A DNA stretch of 64,000 nucleotides from Cyanophora paradoxa CCMP329 (lineage: Eukaryota > Plantae > Glaucophyta). The notes beneath the pieces are model-generated. The model was not told the origin of the DNA. It saw only the letters and a program-made list of their open reading frames with translations, and did no database searches. Positions 60,487-64,000 of this stretch are shown one piece after another. Every line of letters starts with the position of its first letter. Within the stretch, counting starts at the first letter, position 1. The position numbers were made by a program, and so were the translations under genes. The stretch covers positions 107,758 through 171,757 of the forward strand of contig QPMI01000183.1 in NCBI GenBank assembly GCA_004431415.1, written 5' to 3'.

Positions 60487-63400
60487 TTAACGGCGCGCCG
60501 GTTCGGCGGGCCGCGGGGTCTCGAAGCCCGGGGCGCCCACTGCGGGGTACTCGAAGGCGGCGAAGGCGGGGCTGGGCACGGGCGAGATGCGCGGCGCGGG
60601 GCTATGCCCGGGGAGCAGCGCCGGGTAGGGCACGGCGAGGCCGCCGTACGCGTACCCCGCCGGAGCGTAGGCGGCGGGGACGGGGGCCGGGTAGCCGAGC
60701 ATGGAGACGGCGGGGGCCGGGGCGGGGCCAGCGGCCATCATCTGCTGCAAGAGGAGGGCCTGCTGCACCGCCAGCTGCTGCCGCTGCGCCGCCTGCTGCC
60801 GCGCCCACTCCGCCTGCTGCGCCTGCCGCGCCTGCTGCGCCCGCCCCGCGCCCTGCCCCCCGCCCTGCACCTGCGCGCTCGTCGGGGCCGAGGGGCGCGG
60901 CGCGAGGGGACGGGGCGGGCGCACTGGGGGCCGCCCGGGGAGCTCGGCGGCGATGCGGCGCTGGAGGGCGGAGGCGCTGCTGTCCACGCTCGTCCTGCTG
61001 TCCGTCGACACCAGCCGCGCGTCCACCGCCCTGCGCCGCCCCTCGCCCCGCGCCCCCCCGCCCCCCCCGCGCGCGCGCCGGCGGGGCGCACCTGGGGCGG
61101 CGGGGCCGGCGGCGTCGGCGGGGCCGGCGGCGCGGGGCTCCTCCTCCTTGAAGCCGGCGCGGCGCCGGCCCCCGCCGCCGCCCTCCCGCTCCCACTCGCC
61201 CTTCTCCAGCGTCTGCACGAGCCCCGGCGCCCCGCCCGCCTCGAGCCCCGCCGCCCCGCTCCGCTCCTGCGCCGCCCCGCCCGAGTCGGCCGGGGGCGGG
61301 GCGGGTGCGCGGGGCCGGCGGGGCGGGGCGGACGGCGAGGGGCTCGCTGGCGGAGTCGTCCAAGTCGTCGAGCGGGCCTCGGCGGGCGGCGGCCGCTCCA
61401 GCCGCTCCAGGCGCGACGCCGGCGCCTCGCGCCGCACCGCCGCCAGCGCCGTGCCCACGCTCCTCGCCGCCGCCCCCAGGCTCGCCTTCCGCCCCGCAAC
61501 GCGCGCCTGCCGCACGCCCCGCCGTGAGGCGCGCCGCGCCGGCGCGGGGCCGGGCGCGGGGCGGGGAGGGGAGCGGACGACGTAGTTGGGGTTCTCGCGG
61601 CGGCGGGCCATGACCTCGCGCCAGCGCCGCTGCACCACCTTCGCCGCGTACTGCTCCCGCCCCGCTCGCCCCGGCCGGCGGGGTGGGGGCCGGGGGGCGG
61701 GGGGCGGGGCGGGGCGGACGTAGAGGGAGGCGGAGACGGCGGCCTCGCCGGCGCCGGCGCGCTGGGCCGAGGGCCCGTGCAGCTTCCCGAAGGCGCGCAG
61801 GCCCTCGCGGTGGATCTGCCGCCGCACCTGCCCCGCCCCGCCCGCCCCGCCCCGTCAGAAGGCGAGAGGGAGGGAGGTGGCGGGCGGGTGGCGGGGCGGG
61901 CCTTGATGGGGAGGAAGGCGCCGGAGTCGCGGTAGACGAGGTCGACGCAGGCGCGCAGGACCTCGTAGAAGTGCACCCGGCTCCCCGCGAACACTGGCCC
62001 GCCCCCGCCCTCAGGCGGGGCGCCCGGGGCAGCTCCGGGGCCGCCGTGGCGCACCCGGCATGTCGAGGGCGCAGATGCGCTTGACCACCTCCACGTTTGT
62101 GCTCGTCCGCGCTGCGCGGGAGCCCGGCTCAGCAGCGCGGGGCGCGCTGCGGGTCGCGGGGCGCGCTGCGGGCGCGGGGCGGGGCGGGGCGGACGGAGGC
62201 CGAGTGGGGGCCCGAGGCGGCGGAGGAAGGCGGGGAGCTGGGAGTCGATGTGGAGGAACTCGGTGGCGTCGCGGTCCATGCGCTCCCAGACCCGCACGAA
62301 GTCGTTGATGTGGCGGGTCGAGATCTGCAGCGACGACTGCGACGAGTTGTGCGCGTACGACTCCAGCACCACCGAGAGCAGCAGCTGGAACAGGATCGAC
62401 TGCGCGCCACGCGTCAGCTGCGCCGCGGCGGGGCGGGGCGGGGCGGGGCGGGGCGGGGCGGGCGCCTGGGAGAGGGTGACGAAGGAGATGAAGTACATGG
62501 GGGCGTACACGGAGCCGCAGTCGACGCCCGGCGTGCAGTCCTCCGTCACCATCAGGTCGTGCATCACCTGCCGCCCCCGGGCCCCGCCTCAGCGGCAGCG
62601 CCCGGCGTCCCCGTCCCGAGCTCGCGTCGCTCACGGCGTTCCAGTTCTCGCCCGTCGCGAAGCGGAAGAGCGTCACCATCGCCGTCGCCACCGTCCGGAA
62701 GTTCGCGTCTGCCGCCCCGCGTCGGCCGCGGCAGGGCGGGCCGGGGCGGCGGGGGCGGGGGCGGGGGCGGGGCGGACACTCGTTGAGGTCGGAGCGGAGC
62801 TTGACCCTGCCGAACATGGCGACGCCGAGGACGGCGAAGACGAAGAGGGCGCAGACGAGCACGGCCCCGACGTTCAGCAGCGCCGGCAGGCACAGCACGA
62901 AGGTGTTGAGGAGGACCTGCCGGCCCCGCGCCGCGTCGGGCGGGGTGGGGCGGGGGGCGGCGGGCGGGGGGCGGGGGGCGGGCCTTGAGGGACTCGAAGC
63001 GGGTGAAGAGGCGGAAGACGCGGATGACGCGGAAGGCGCGGACGGCCTTGATGCGCCCGACGGTGCCCCCGAGGGCGTCCAGCCCGAGGGCGAGCACCGA
63101 GAGGCCGGCCACCGTGAAGTCGAAGAGGTGCCAGTAGTCGGTGAAGTAGGCGCGCGGCCCGAAGGCGACGATCTTGACGCCCGCCTCGAGGGCGAAGACG
63201 ACGACGAAGAAGGCGTTGGCGGCGGAGAGGCCGCCCGTCCAGCGCTCGGGGGCGTCGTAGAACCAGAGCAGCTGCGTCACGATGGAGCCGATGATGAGCG
63301 CCGCCACGAGCGTCTCGAAGCGGCTCGTGTTCACGAGGCGGTAGACCCGCAGCCGCAGCCCCGGCGGCGGCGGCGCGACCCGCTTCCGCAGCCCGACCCG

Positions 63401-64000
63401 CAGCGCGTACGAGAGGGCCGCTGCGCGCCGGGCGGCGCGACGTCAGCGGGGCGGGGCGGGGCGGGGACGGGGCGGGGCGGGGCGGGGCGCGGCGCACAGC
63501 GCCACTGCTTCTGGGAGGGGGTCATGAAGGCGGACTCCTTGCCGAGCTCCTCTAGGTCCTGAACTTCATAGTCAATTTCTCGATCGCAAAATTCTTCAAT
63601 TAAGAAAACAACCTTGGTGGTGCGGAAGCAGTCGACGACCTCCGAGATGAACATGTTCAGCACGAAGAAGGTCCCGATCACCACGAACGCGTGGAAGTAC
63701 ATCGCCACCCTGCCCCCCGCCCGCCGCTCTCGGCCGCGAAGGCGCAGCGGGGCGGGGCGGGGCGCGGGGCGAGGGGGCGCACGCGGCGTTGGCGTTGGGT
63801 TGCATGGCCATGTCGATCCCCACGGTGTCCATCGCCGCGTGCATGCTGCCGCCCCGCGTCGGACACGGACCCCGCGCGGGGCGGCGGGGCGGCGCACTAG
63901 TTGGTCCACGACTCGAGCGTGCTGATCTCGTAGAGCCGCAGCATCGCTGCGGGGCGAGGGCTCGGCGCGGCGGGGCGGGGCCGGGGCGGGGCGGGGGGCG
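60487..64000 (-). CDS. Four-domain voltage-gated cation channel (Cav-like): end of domain III, domain IV and C-terminus; 5' part lies outside the window
   Basis: IIIS6 FVVIGTFFVLNMFI, linker AFMTPSQKQW, YFTDYWHLFDF, S4 RAFRVIRVFRL, pore TLFRFATGENW, EF-like FVRVWERMD..LGPPLGL, VHFYEVL, IQ motif YAAKVVQRRWR. Confidence 0.92.

Noticed and set aside
1-64000. U12 (AT-AC) introns, tRNA/rRNA genes, alternative genetic code
   Set aside because: None seen in the junctions inspected; TAA, TAG and TGA all act as stops

Overview
Gene-dense eukaryotic nuclear DNA. It carries about 21 intron-rich protein genes with mostly 45-100 nt introns, many arranged as head-to-head pairs separated by 130-400 bp. Ciliary genes (DRC8/EFCAB2, CLUAP1/IFT38, MKS1) indicate a flagellated protist or alga. 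The style is reminiscent of a glaucophyte such as Cyanophora, but that is an unverified impression. Recognisable genes are ESS2/DGCR14, EFCAB2, RANBP1, CCT6, UTP25, CLUAP1, RECQL4-like, NPRL2, NUP155, a HEAT-repeat protein, MKS1, an IQ-repeat protein, a CUL1/CUL2-type cullin, SFSWAP, V-ATPase c'', ADAT3 and the 3' end of a four-domain Cav-type channel. Most long ORFs in the supplied track are shadow ORFs of extreme GC content. Main highlights: (1) a 4-exon, 73-aa gene missed by the ORF track that looks like a single four-strand module of the plastid outer-envelope beta-barrel OEP21; (2) an unusual splicing regime with frequent GC donors, a GY[G/C]CGC donor consensus and C-rich/G-rich hairpin-like introns; (3) a Ginger-like MITE (TGT...ACA, 4-bp TSD) with CpG-type mismatches; (4) two contrasting gene-body GC regimes; (5) palindrome-saturated intergenic spacers. 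Gene models were spliced by eye and family calls come from remembered motifs, not database searches.
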